Part shown: positions 13,523 to 26,429 of the stretch, piece after piece
Layout of the letters: every line of letters starts with the position of its first letter
How positions within the stretch are numbered: the first letter of the stretch is position 1
Assembly: GCF_963921235.1 (NCBI RefSeq)
Contig: NC_086097.1
Location: 156,924,001-156,988,000 of the forward strand
Length of the DNA: 64,000 bases
Direction: 5' to 3'
DNA from: Mobula hypostoma
Lineage: Eukaryota
Notes under the pieces: generated by a model
What the model saw: the letters and a program-made list of their open reading frames with translations, nothing else
The model's database searches: none
What the model was told of the DNA's origin: nothing
Program-made: the position numbers and the translations under genes

Positions 13523-14548
13523 ATGGGCCCAGCGGACACAAACACCCATCCACAAGCCCTCGCCAGCCAGGGTTCCCTACTGGGACAGCACGACCAACTC
13601 CTCAGGGAGGTCATGGAGAACCTCCGTTTCCTGTCTGCTCACGTCACGCACAGCGGTAACCAGGTGGACTGTGTCTCCACTCATTTCAATCAACCTACTC
13701 CTGGAACCCAGCCTAATCAGCCTAGACAGTCTGTAGCGGCAACCCCCCAAGCTTCACTAACACCCCCGCCCAGGGAGCCTCATGTACTAGAGCCGGAGCA
13801 CTATGCGGGAGATTTGGGGAAGTGCCAGGGTTTCCTCCTTCAGTGTTCCCTGGTGTTTGAACAGCAGTCGTCGACTTACTCTGAAATTGCTTATGTCATG
13901 GAGTTGCTATGGGGAAGCGCATTAGCGTGGGCCACAGCAGTTTGGGACAACCAACCTGATATCTGCTCCTCTTTCACCAGTTTCATCGCAGAGATGAGAA
14001 AAATCTTCAATCACCCTGTCTGAGGTAAAGACGCCGCCAAGCATCTACTCAATCTCCGCCAGGGCTCCTACAGTGTTGCTGGATATTCAGTGGAGTTCCG
14101 GACGTTGGTAGCCAACTCAGGGTGGAACGATGAGTCACTCCAGGGGGTTTTTCTGAATGGACTCAGTGACCTGGTGAAGGACGAGTTGGCGGTGAGAGAC
14201 AACTCTGACAGCCTGGATTCCCTGATCTCCCTGGCCACCAGGTTGGATAATCACCTCTGAGAGCGCCATAGAGAGAGGACTGGTCGTCCATGACCCTTGG
14301 CCACTTCTCGGCACTCTTTACTACCTCCCGCCAGAACAAGCCTCTCTTCTCCTCCTGCACCCCGAGTAGCTCCCAGCCCTGCCGCTTCGACCGCCCCAGG
14401 AGAGGAACCCATGCAGCTGGGACGGAACCGCCTTTCTCCCACTAAACGACTCCAGAGAATGAAAGCGGGCGAGTGTCTATATTGCGGCCAGTCCAGCCAC
14501 GTCCTTGCCACCTGCCCCCTTCGGCCAAAAAGGGAGGGTTCACCAGTA
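13523..14548 (+). pseudogene. gag: Gypsy gag (capsid plus CCHC knuckle), with stops
   Basis: ATG in GCCACCATGG context; PEHYAGDLGKCQGFLLQC, ALAWA, EEPMQLG, CLYCGQSSHVLATC; TGA at 14021. Confidence 0.9.
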
Positions 14549-17284
14549 GCAGGGGGGACCAGGGTGAGCCAGACAACCTTCCCTTTCATCCCCCGACCCC
14601 GGACGCAGCTTCAAGCCACTTTGTGTCACAGCCAACGGTCCTTGCCTCTGCTAGCGCCAGTGGACTCCGGCGCAGAGGGAAACTTCGTGGATGAAAGCCT
14701 AGCCCTCCAAGCCGGAATTCCTCGTGAGGCTCTATGTACCCCCCGGACGCCCAGGCGCTAGACGGTAGATTCCTGGCCCGAGTCACGCTCTGCACGCAAC
14801 CCCTGCTTCTCCTTCTCTCCAGAAACCATCAGGAACAGGTACGATTTAATCTAATTTCTTCTCCTCAATCCCCTTTAATTCCCGGCCACCCTGGTTAAGC
14901 CGTCATAACCCACACATCGACTGGTCTACCAGGAAGATAGTCAGCTGGAGTTTGTTCTGTCATTCCCCTTGTCTACAATCAACCCTTCCCCCAATGGCGG
15001 TCACTGCGACCTCATCCGCCTCTGAGCCCCCTGACTTGTCTACGGTCCCCATAGAATATCACGATCTTGGAGAGGTGTTTAGTGAGCAACAGGCCCTTTC
15101 CCTGCCTCCACATCGCCCTTACGACTGCACGATTGACCTTCTCCCCGGAGCCTCATTGCTCACCAGTCGGCTGTACAACCAGTCCCGCCAGAAAGAGAAG
15201 CTATGGAGACGTACGTAAATGACTCCCTCGCAGCTGGCAGAGTGGCCCAAACCCACGATGCTTAAACAACTCCAGCAATTTCTGGGATTCGCCAACTTCT
15301 ACCATCGCTTTATTAGGGACGACAGCCAGGTGGCAGCGACCCTTACTCAGCTCACCTTTCCTGCGACCCCCTTCACTGGATCCCCGCAGCGGACTCAGCC
15401 TTCTCAGAGTTTAAGAGGCGTTTCACCTCCGCTCCCATCCTGGTCCAACCTGACCCATCTCGCCAGTTCATAGTGGAGGTGAACGTCTCCAACACTGGAG
15501 TGGGAGCGGTCCTCTCCCAACGCTCCATCCCAGACCAAAAGTTCCATCCCTGCGCCTTCTTCTCTCGCCATCTATCCCCTGCTGAACGGAACTACGATGT
15601 TGGGAACCATGAGTTGCTGGCCGTCAAACTCGCCTTGGAGGAGTGGAGGCACTGGCTGGAGGGAGCAGAACACCCATTCATCGTTTGGATGGACCATAAG
15701 GAACTGGCATACATTCAGACAGCAAAACGCCTTAACCCCCGCCAGGCCCGTTGGGTACTGTTCATTGGCCATTTCAATTTCACACTCACCTACTGTCCTG
15801 GTTCCAAGAATGTGAAGCCAGTTGCTCTCTCTCATCAGTACATCTCCGAGGAGGACCCTTCCAATCCTGATACCATCCCTCCAGCATCCTGTGTCATGGC
15901 TGCCCTCACCTGGGAGATCGAGACTGTAGTTAAAGAGGCCCAACGGACTCAACCTGGCCCAGGCAATGCCCCCGCACCCCCAATCGCCTCTTCGTGCCTG
16001 ACTCTGTTTGGTCTCAGCTTCTCCAGTGGGGGCATATTTCCTGGTTCTCCTGCCATCCTGGAAACGGTCAAACCCTGTCCCTTTTGAAGCGACATTTCTG
16101 GTGGACCACCATAGATGCTGACACTCGCTCCTTCGTCTCCGCCTGTTCTGTGTGTGCCCACAGAAAAGCCTCCCATCGGCCACCTGCTGGGCTGCTTCGT
16201 CCCCTCCCTGTCCCTGGTTGCCCTTGGTCCTTCATCACTCTCGATTTTGTCACTGTCTACCACCTTCACATGGTAACACAGCTAGACTCACCGTGGTGGA
16301 CCGTTTTTCCAAAGCCGTGCACTTCATAGCCCTTCCCAAATTCCCTACAGCCCGTGAAACAGCCGACCTCCTTGTCCATCACATCTTCTGCCTTCATGGA
16401 ATTCCCTCTGACATTGTTTCCGACCGGGGCCCCCAATTCATCTCTCAAGTTTGGAAATCCTTCTGTCAAGCCCTCAGAGCTTTATTAAGTCTGCCTTTCG
16501 GTTTCCATCCACAGACTAATGGTCAGATGGAGCGAGCAAATCAGGACTTGGAAGCGGCACTGTGCTGTATTTGCGCCGGTAACCTGTCATCCTGAAGCAC
16601 ACATCTCATGTGGATTAAGTATGCCCACAACTCCCTGACCAGCACTGTCACCGGTACATCCCCTTTCGAATGCTCCCTTGGCTATCAACCCCCTCTGTTT
16701 CCTGCCCACCACGACGACATCACTGTGCCTACAGTTCAGGCCCATCTCCGCCGGTGCCGCAGGTCTGAAAGGATGCACGCTCGGCCCTGCTCCTCTCCGC
16801 TGACTACAAACGGCGTATCACCAATACCACTGAATTCCAGCACCCAACTATCAGCCTGGTCAGGATGTTTGGCTGTCATCAAGAGACATCCCCCTCAAAA
16901 CCGAATCCAAGAAACTCACCCCTTGTTACATCGGACCATTCGAAATCGAGACAAGCTAACCAGATCCATGCGCATTCATCCCACGTTCCACGTCTCCCAA
17001 CTGAAATCTGTGTCTCTCAGCCCATTGTGCCCTCCTGATGCACCTCCTCCAGCCTCTCAGGTCATCGATGATCACCCAGCTTACACCGTCCGGCAAATAC
17101 TGGATGTGTGCCACCGAGGCAAGCGTTTCCAGTACCTCGTCGATTGGAAGGGATACGGTCCTGAGGAGTGCACCTGCATCCCCCGCTCCTTCATCTTAGA
17201 CCCCTCCCTCATCCGAGACTTCCATCGCGACAATCCAGGCAAGCCTAGTGGTTCGATTGGAGACTCCCATTGGTTGGGGGGTAC
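14549..17284 (+). pseudogene. pol: Gypsy pol: protease, RT ends only, RNase H, integrase, chromodomain
   Basis: [67 protein letters not shown]...[13 protein letters not shown]; several frameshifts. Confidence 0.92.
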
Positions 17285-17676
17285 TATCACGGTCCCGACC
17301 GTTGATTCCTCATATTCTCCTAATTCCCTTTTCCCTGTGTTCTCCCGAGCTCCTTGATTGCAGTACACCTGATTCTCATCCAACCTGCAGCATAAATACC
17401 CTGGCTTTGCATCCACTCATCGCCAGATCGTTGTTTCAACCAGTGTGGTAATTCACGTTCCAGGCCGCTTCGGATTGCGTATTCTAAGTTTCAGCACTGT
17501 GGTTTGCCTGTGTTAACACTGTCGCTCCATGTCAAGAGAAGCATTGCCTGCTGCCTGCCTTACCGTTCATCCTCCTGTTTGCCGCTCAGCTCCAGCCACA
17601 CCCACACCCTCGTCTGTATCTCAACTCTATCTCCGTGCCAGTGTCCTGCATTTGGGTTCACCCATTCTCCGCAACA
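17285..17676 (+). repeat. 3' LTR (TA...CA; TG mutated)
   Basis: Direct repeat of the 5' LTR, followed by GACAG. Confidence 0.95.
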
Positions 17677-17681
17677 GACAG

Positions 17682-17810
17682 AGTCGCAAAAGACTGCAGG
17701 TGCTGGAATCTGGAGCAAGAAACAATCTACTGGAAGAAATCAGTTGGTTGAGTAGCATTTGTTGGAGGAAAGGAAATTGTCATTATATCAAGCCGAAACG
17801 TTGCTTCAAA
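17682..17810 (-). mobile_element. Old Penelope-like pLTR fragment
   Basis: ctgcaggtgctggaatctggagcaa... matches pLTR ends elsewhere in the window. Confidence 0.55.
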
Positions 17811-17989
17811 TGGCAAACGATATATGGAGGATAGTATCTTCATGAATACTTTATAACTGTCTTCACAGAAGAGGGGAAGCTGCCAATATTGCACTTAAGG
17901 GGGACAGATCATATAATCATGGAACCAAACTGCATGGAAACAAGACCTTTGGCTAACCAAATCAACACCAGTCATCAAACAACTATTAA

Positions 17990-18200
17990 TCCTAATTATT
18001 CTCCTCCCAGGTCCTGCTACCTATTCACCCATTGGGGCAATTAACTGATGAGTCTGTATGCCTGTAGGTGTATGGGGGGAAATCCACATGGTAAGGAGAG
18101 AGATGTGCCAACTTCGTACCAACAGCACCGAAGGTCAGGATTCAAGCTGGGTCGATGGAGCTGTCAGGTAGCAGCATTGCAAGCTATGCAACTGTGCCAG
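17990..18200 (-). mobile_element. V-SINE
   Basis: Homologous to 5040, 27060 and 43500. Confidence 0.55.
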
Positions 18201-18664
18201 CCTTGTGAAACATTGAATGGGATAAACTTAAGAAAAGTGGACATATTGAAAGATTTTGCATCTTTGAAAATGGATGCATCACTAGGCTCCAGTAGGTTGT
18301 TGAAAGATGCAAGGTTCAAAATTACAGAGCTCCAGTTGTAGCATTGTTACAGGGGTACAGTATGTTAGATGATTGGAACACAGCAATTATTCATTTAGAA
18401 AGGCACAGGTTAATGTTAATGAAGAGTCTTGTTCAACTAACTTGAATTTTTGGGTATGACAATAAGAGTTAATGGGGGAAGTGGGGAAGTAACATTGACA
18501 GGGAGCAAGAACGATCAATGGTTGCCAGTTGCTTTTGTGTGGGTGTTGCAGATTTTAGTACACTACCCCTTGTAATTTGTAGGATATACTGTATTAATGA
18601 TTTTGACCAAATGTCAGGAGCATGATAAAAATTGTTTGTGGATGATACAAAAATTGCCCTTGAA

Positions 18665-20358
18665 CTTGAAGTAAAGACTGCGTGCTTAGCCTCTGCTCTA
18701 CTTGCTTTACACTTCTGACTGTGTGGTGAACCACAGCTCCAATGCCATATTCAAGTTTACTGATGACACCACTGTCATTGACCAAATCAAAAGCGGTGAC
18801 AAATCTGCATTTAGGAAGGAGATTGATAATCTGCTTAAGTGGTTCCACAGGAACAACCTTTTACTCAATTTTAGCAAGAACAAGGAGCTGATTATTGATT
18901 TCAGGAGGAGGAAACCAGAGGTCCTCAATGGTAGATCAGAGATGGAGAGGGTCAACAACTTTAAATTCCTTGATGTTATCATTTCTGAAGACCAGTCCTG
19001 GGCCTGGCACATAATTGCAATTATAAAGAAACAAGTGGTCAGTGGACGATTGGCATGTTCAACCAGGATCAGCGGTATTCGGACCCAGGTCGGCGCGTTT
19101 GGCCTGGATCAACAGTATTCGGATCTGGGTCAGCATATTCGGCCCTGGATCGATGGCATTCAGATCCGGGTCAACGGTCACTCTTTATGGAAGGACTGAG
19201 TTCATGTGGCTGCTCTCCTGTATGCAGATAAGAAGACTTTTCCCATATCCTGAGATTTATGTGATTATTGGTCTGTACTTTATATAGGTTTCCTGCAGTT
19301 TTTTGGTGTTTTCTTTCTTGTGGCCGATTGCCAGCAGGGTAAGAGGGGGTGCTGGGGGTGGTGCTACTGCTGCTGTTTTTTTTTCTGTGAGTGAGGGTGT
19401 CAGGGATCAGGATTGTTATGTGTAGGGGGTTGGTGGCTGTTTTTTGCTGCAGGGGAGGGGAGGATTTTGGGGTCTGCGAGTTTTGTTTCTTTTCTTTCTC
19501 GTGCAGGAGGCAGGAAATTGAGGTCTTTTCTTTCATCAACACCAATGGTCTTTCTATATTTAATAGCTATCTGGAGAGGCAAATACCAGAGTTGTATTGT
19601 AAGTGCATACTTTGACAATAAAATGAACATTTGAACCTTTGAAGCACCTCTAGTTCCTTAGGAGTTGGTAAAGATTCAGCATGACACCTAAAACATTGAT
19701 AAATTTCTATAGATGTGTGGTGGAGAGTATATTAGCTGGCTGCATCACAGCCTGATATGGAAACACCAATGCTTTTGAAAGGAAAATCCTACACAAAAAA
19801 TATTGGATATAGCCTAGTCCATCATGGGTAACGCCGTCTCTACCATTGAGCACCTCTACACAAAGCATTTTCACAGGAAAGCAGCATCCATCATCGATGA
19901 CCCCCCCACCACCCAGGAATTGTTCTCTTCTCACCTCTGCTATCAGGAAGAAGGTACAGGAGCCTCAGGACTCACACCACCAGATTCAGGAACAATTATT
20001 ACCCCTCTACCATTAGGCTTTTGAACCAAAGGGGATAACTTCACTCAATGTCATTTGCCCCAACAATGAAATGTTTCCCACAACCTATGAACTCATTTTC
20101 AAGGACTCTTCCTCTCATGATCTTGATATTTAATGCTTGTTTATTTATTATTATTATTATTTCTTTCTCTTTGTATTTGCACAGTTTGTTGTCTTTTGCA
20201 CACCGGTTGAGCACCCAGGCTGGTGCTGTCTGTCATTGATTCTATTCTGGTTACTATTCTATTATGGGTTCATTGAGTATGCCTGCAAGAAAATGAATCT
20301 CAGGGTTGTATTTGGTAATGTATATGTACTTTGACAATAAATTTAGTTTGAACTTTGA
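18665..20358 (+). mobile_element. Rex1/Babar-like LINE (RT to 3' end), interrupted at ~19030-19642
   Basis: LYTSDCVVNHSSNAIFKFTDDTTVI, KELIIDFRR, FKFL; AATAAA plus (TTGAAC)n tail. Confidence 0.88.
19030..19642 (+). mobile_element. Non-autonomous retroposon with a ~40-bp tandem repeat and a Rex-type tail
   Basis: Splits the host Rex ORF; ends aataaaatgaacatttgaacctttga. Confidence 0.55.
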
Positions 20359-20407
20359 AAGTTTTTTTTAAGAGGGAGGAAGTTTAACTGTCGAGGCAGA
20401 AAACTTA

Positions 20408-20710
20408 GGGTGGCACGGTGTCAGTGACCATTGATCAGGGTTTGACTCCCTTTGCTGTCCGTAAGGAATTTATACACTCTCCCTGTGACCTCATGAGTTC
20501 CCTCCGGGTGTTCTAATTTCCTCCTATGTTCCTCCTACAAAGCTGTACGATCAGGGTTAGTGAGTTATAGCACATGTTGTGTTGGTGCTGGAAGCATAGC
20601 AACACTTGTCCCAGCACAACCCTCGGACTGTGGTGGTCATTGATGCAAATGATGCATTTCGCTATATGTTTCAATGTGCATGTAACAGATAACGTTAATC
20701 TTAATCTCTT
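20408..20710 (+). mobile_element. V-SINE (tRNA-derived head)
   Basis: ggggtggcacggt...gggtttgactccc...ctccctgtgacc...tccgggtgttctaatttcctcc. Confidence 0.7.
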
Positions 20711-21249
20711 TAAAAATATCAAATAGAGTTTAATATGGAGAAGGTAATATATTTAGGGAGATACATCAAGGAATCCGACTGTAAATGAAAAATAAAGGGA
20801 CCTTGGAAGACATATTTACATATCCTTAAAGGCAACAGATGGTGAAAAAGAAGACTGGATCGTTTTCATTTACGAGGAAAGGCATGGACTCTGGCAGGAA
20901 GGAAATTTTGCTTGAACAAACAAGTTAGATTACAGGTCTGATCACACAACTACAGGAAGGATAAAACTGCAGTAGAAAGGATGCAGTAAATTAAATATGA
21001 TCTTTATATGACTGAAAAATTTTGCTGTAAATAAAGATTGGACAGCTTGGTCTTCTACTGCTACTTTGAAATACAGCCCTGCCAAATTTTATTCTGATTG
21101 CACTGCCAACTTTAAATTTGAAATTCATTTGGCCCACATGAGAAAGGCAGCCATTTAATTTTGGGCAACACACACAAAATGCTGGAAGAACTCAGCAAGT
21201 CTGGCAGCATCTATGGAATAAACAGTTGATATTTCGGGCTGAGGCCATT

Positions 21250-21284
21250 CAAAGTTCGAAGTTCAAAGTAAATTTATTATCAAA

Positions 21285-21322
<38 letters not shown>

Positions 21323-22050
21323 CCATATACAAGCCTGAGATTCATGTTCTTGTGGGCAATCACAGGAAATAAAAGAAACACAATAGAATCAATGCAAGAC
21401 CACACCCAATAGGTTGGACAACAACAAATGTGCAAAAGAACTAACAAACTGTGGAAATACATGAAGAACGAGAAAAATAAAGAAAGAATAATAATAAATA
21501 ATTAATAATACTAAAACATGAGATGGAGAGTCCTTGATAGTGAGTCCAATTCAGTGGATACAGTTCAGTGATGGAGTGAGGGAAGCTGAGAGAAGTAATC
21601 CCCTCTGGTTCAAGAACCTGATAGTTGAGAGTTAATACCTGTTTCAGAACCTGGTGCTGTGGGTCCTGAGGTTCCGGTACTTTCTTCCTGATGGTAGCAG
21701 AGAGAAGAAAACATGGCCTGGATGGTGGAGTCCTTGATGATGGATACTGCCTTCCTGTGCAGCCTCAATGAAGATGTGCTCAATGGAGGTGATGGCTTTA
21801 TCCGTAATGAACTGAGCTGTATACATTACTTTTGATAGGCTTTTCTGTGATGAAACCAGTAAATATACTCTTCACCACACACCTATAGAAGTTTGTCAAA
21901 GTTTTTGATGACTTGCTGAATTTTCGTAAACTTCTAAGAAAGTTGAGGTGCTGCTGTGCTTTCTTCATAATGGCACTTATGTGCCAGACCCATAACAAAT
22001 CCTCTGAAAAGATAATGTCGCGGAATTTAAAGCTGCTAACCCTCTCCTTC
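21250..22050 (-). mobile_element. Rex1/Babar-like LINE 3' part, with (AT)n at ~21289-21316
   Basis: KKAQQHLNFLRSLRKF...LTNFYRCVV; HHPGHVFFSLLPSGRKYR. Confidence 0.85.
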
Positions 22051-22199
22051 AAGACATTTTGTTTTGGCAGTGTTTTCTGTCAGACTGAAACACATTTACA
22101 CAATCCTGTGTTGACTTCCTTTCATTTGAGCCACTAAAATCATTATCCTTTTACTATTACTTAATTGTAAAGCTGGATGCCATATTCTGATTGCCCTAC

Positions 22200-23950
22200 T
22201 ATGAATAACTACTTTGGTTCTGTCTTCACTAAGGAGGACATAAATAATCTTCCGGAAATGGTAGGGGACAGACGGTCCAGTGAGATGGAGGAACTGAGGG
22301 AAATACATGTTAGTAGGGAAGTGGTGTTAGGTAAATTGAAGGGATTAAAGGCAGATAAATCCCCAGGGCCAGATGGTCTGCATCCCAGAGTGCTTAAGGA
22401 AGTAGCCCAAGAAATAGTGGATGCATTAGTGATAATTTTTCAAAACTTGTTAGATTCTGGACTAGTTCCTGAGGATTGGAGGGTGGCTAATGTAACCCCA
22501 CTTTTAAAAAAAGGAGGGAGAGAGAAACCGGGGAATTATAGACCAGTTAGCCTAACATCGGTGGTGGGGAAAATGCTAGAGTCAGTTATCAAAGATGTGA
22601 TAATAGCACATTTGGAAAGTGGTGAAATGATCGGACAAAGTCAGCATGGATTTGTGAAAGGAAAATCATGTCTGACGAATCTCATAGAATTTTTTGAGGA
22701 TGTAACTAGTAGAGTGGATAGGGGAGAACCAGTGGACGTAGTATATTTGGATTTTCAAAAGGCTTTCGACAAGGTCCCACACAGCAGATTAGTGTGCAAA
22801 CTTAAAGCACACAGTATTGGGGGTAAGGTATTGATGTGGATAGAGAATTGGTTGGCAGACAGGAAGCAAAGAGTGGGAATAAACGGGACCTTTTCAGAAT
22901 GGCAGGCAGTGACTAGTGGGGTACCGCAAGGCTCAGTGCTGGGGCCCCAGTTGTTTACAATATATATTAATGACTTGGATGAGGGAATTAAATGCAGCAT
23001 CTCCAAGTTTGCAGATGACACGAAGCTGGGCGGCAGTGTTAGCTGTGAGGAGGATGCTAAGAGGATGCAGGGTGACTTGGATCAGTTAGGTGAGTGGGCA
23101 AATTCATGGCAGATGCAATTTAATGTGGATAAAAGTGAAGTTATCCACTTTGGTGGCAAAAACAGGAAAACAGATTATTATCTGAATGGTGGCCGATTAG
23201 GAAAAGGGGAGGAGCAACGAGACCTGGGTGTCATTTATACACCAGTCATTGAAAGTGGGCATGCAGGTACAGCAAGTGGTGAAAAAGGCGACTGGTATGC
23301 TGGCATTCACAGCAAGAGGATTCGAGTACAAGAGCAGGGAGGTACTACTGCAATTGTACAAGGCCTTGGTGAGACCACACCAGGAGTATTGTGTGCAGTT
23401 TTGGTCCCCTAATCTGAGGAAAGACATCCTTGCCATAGAGGGAGTACAAAGAAGGTTCACCAGATTGATTCTTGGGATGGCAGGACTTTCATATGATGAA
23501 AGACCGGATGAACTAGGCTTATACTCGTTGGAATTTAGAAGATTGAGGGGGGATCTTATTGAAATGTATAAAATTCTAAAGAGATTGGACAGGCTAGATG
23601 CAGGAAGATTGTTCCCGATGTTGGGGAAGTCCAGAACGAGGGGTCACAGTTTAATGATAAAGGGGAAGCCTTTTAGGACCAAGGTTAGGAAAAACTTCTT
23701 CATACGGAGAGTGGTGAATCTGTGGAATTCTCTGCTACAGGAAACAGTTGAGGCCAGTTCATTGGCTATATTTAAGAGGAAGTTAGATATGGCCCTTGTG
23801 GCTAAAGGAATCAGGGGGTATAGAGGGAAGGCTGTAGACGGTTCTGAGTTGGATGATCAGCCATGATCATACTGAATGGCGGTGCAGGCTCGAAGGGCCG
23901 AATGGCCTACTCCTGCACCTGTTTCCTATGTTTCTATGTTTCTATGTTTA
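22200..23950 (+). mobile_element. Young 5'-truncated CR1 LINE (RT to tail)
   Basis: KSPGPDG, NYRPVSLTS, YLDFQKAFDKVPH, GVPQGSVLGP, KFADD; a single frameshift at ~23235; (TTTCTATG)n tail. Confidence 0.97.
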
Positions 23951-25849
23951 GAAGGTTGTGAGAAAATGCAATTCATTGCTTAAAAGAGTGGTAGGGCTGA
24001 AGCTTATATCACATGCATAATCTAGAGAAATGTGGACAGTGCTGGAAAGCTAGAGTAGGCTGGGCAGCTCTGGTTAAACAACCCAATGCACTCCCTAACT
24101 GCAGTTTGGAACTGTTAGCCTGATTCACATCATTGAATTTCTAGGCCAATGTTTTTGTTCAGAAAGGATCAAATGTCCTTGAATTGATTCTGACTCATCC
24201 TTGGAGTGAATGATAAAATGGTAAAATGTGGGCACCATGGCTGGAAGGATGAGTTGGGCCAAAGGGCTTGTCCATGACCCTATCAATCCCACCATGCTTA
24301 CATTGCCAGCATTAGCTCCACAAGAGTCTTCAATGCAGATCCTAAAACTGCTACAGTGCTAATGACAATTCTGGGTATAATTTTGGTGTCCACTGGCCTA
24401 GAGGTAAAATAACATCAGTTGGGAATCATGAACTTTCAAGTGGTTTACTTATTTCAATGCACCATTCTCACTGGAGAATTATCTTTAAAGTCAAGTCCTG
24501 CATTTTACCTGCTTCAACTGATTAATTAAACAACATGTAAAAAATGCAGGTTATTATCGAAATATTTCAATTTATTCCGAAAATGCAATATTAGCACTAG
24601 AAAGAGAAGATTAGAATTCAAAAGTAATGTGGAGCAGTATGTCATGAATATTGAAACATGCAAACATGCCAATCTGAATGAGTTGGACTGAAGGGTCTGT
24701 TGCCATGCTGTATGACTCTAAAAATTTGAAATCAGTGATGACAGAAAATCCAAAAAAGCCAGGGCTGAATCTTAATACTTCAGTTGACTTCCAACCATAG
24801 CACAGTAGTAGATCACTTAAAGATTTCTCTGAAGTCACAAAACACAAAAAAAACCTGCTTTCTCCAGTAGCAGAAGCAGAAAATGTACATATGGTTTCAG
24901 TACAGAGTTAAATATCCATAGTACCAACTGAAATTATCCATCTCAAAGCGAACTGTTATTTTAGATTAATCTCATCTCCAAGTGTTCTTTGCATACATTT
25001 CCCCCATCCCCCAAAGACAATTTGCCAGATCACTTCCTGTCAGACTATGCTAATTAATTAAAATGGATGCAATGATGTGCTAGTCAGAAGACTTTCGAAT
25101 GTCCAGGTAAAGCAGTGATTAAAATCATTGACACCTTGATAGCCATTTTAGTGTTGAATAATATATAATTTTATTAGTTCGATTTGTTTAAAGGTTGGTG
25201 GCTAATGAAATAAACCAAGCCTTTTTAAGAGGGAGTGATAATTAGTGGAAGGACCTTTAAAGTCAAGTGACTGATTACCTAATGATTGAAAAAAGGCCTT
25301 AGTCAGTGGTGTTGTGGCATGGCAGGGATTGACATTAATAATTAAGATTACAATTTAACCCTCAAAAATTGATTCTGTAGCAAGTTGCATTCCTACCCTG
25401 TGTGGTTTCTGACTCACATTCATCGTCAGAAGGAAACTGACACTGTGCTTGACTTACCCCATGGATACATGTCCATTCACTGCTAGGCAACAGAGTGTTA
25501 CTGATGTGAGAATTCAAGCAGAATCTGGAGCCCTTTCAGTCACCCTACCAGCTGAAGGAAGGAGGAGGGTGGTTCTGTGACAAGGAGAGAGGAGCTGGAG
25601 GAAAGCACCAGCAACTGAACATGCCAATTTTTTGCTGCAGCTGCTCAAATTTAATTATAAGTTTTGTTGAGGTAGCTTCCTGAGAATGAAGAGCTGTCCA
25701 GTATAAACAGGCTGATTGGTTTTCTTTGGTGGAATTTGTTCCATATTAATCCCTTGCAATCATAATTTTACACATACCTTTTTATTTTCCTTCAATGATT
25801 CCATGTCACTGAAAATGTCAATCTTTTAGCAAATTCAACCATTTCAATT

Positions 25850-26335
25850 TCAGAATGCAGAACACACAATAATAAAAAATACTACATATTACAATAAGAT
25901 AAATAAAAATTGAATTAAATAAATAGTGCAAAAAGAGAGAAGAAATATTGAGGTAGTGTACATGAATTCAATGTCCATTTAGAAATCTGATGTTGAAGGG
26001 AAGTAGCTGTTGCTGAAATGTTGAATGTGTGGCTTTAGGCTCCTCCTAGCAGGTAACAATGAAAAGAAGGATTGTCCTGGGGATGTGGGTCCTTCATGGT
26101 GGATGCCGCCTTTTTGAGGTATTGTCTTTTGAAGGTGTCCTCAATGCTGGGGTGGCTGGCACCCATGATGGAGATGACTGAATTTATAACCTTCTGAACC
26201 TTTTTCCAATCCTGTGCAGTGTTCCCTCCTTGCCAGACGACGATGCAACCAGTTAGAGTGCTCCACACTGTCGGCACTATCTGAAATTCTGTCGATAATA
26301 GATGTCACATCTGCAAGTTTATAGATGAATTTTCT
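25850..26335 (-). mobile_element. Rex1/Babar-like fragment
   Basis: LTGCIVVW...PSIEDTFKRQYLKKAAS. Confidence 0.75.
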
Positions 26336-26429
26336 GACATCTATAGACTCTGTGTCCATCTCCTGAGTAAAGACAGATGCAAAAAATCCATTTAAGATCT
26401 CCCCCATCTCTTTTGGCTCTTTCAATCTC

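Larger units (their letters stand above)
13109..17676 (+). mobile_element. Ty3/Gypsy chromovirus (Tf1/sushi-like) LTR retrotransposon, RT-deleted and inactive
   Basis: Two LTRs; GACAG TSD at 13104-13108 and 17677-17681; order gag-PR-(RT)-RH-IN-chromodomain; G-rich PPT at ~17272-17284. Confidence 0.97.

Noticed and set aside
13523..17357. Domesticated PEG10/RTL1-like gene
   Set aside because: Retains LTRs and TSD and carries stops and frameshifts; it is a decaying retrotransposon
19065..19178. CRISPR-like array
   Set aside because: Degenerate tandem units with no unique spacers; eukaryotic context and no cas genes
22200..22290. The CR1 at 22200(+) begins where the CR1 at 57055(-) ends, suggesting one element split by a 35-kb inversion
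   Set aside because: The ~90-bp overlap differs at about 9 positions and the flanks do not show reciprocal junctions; separate copies are more likely
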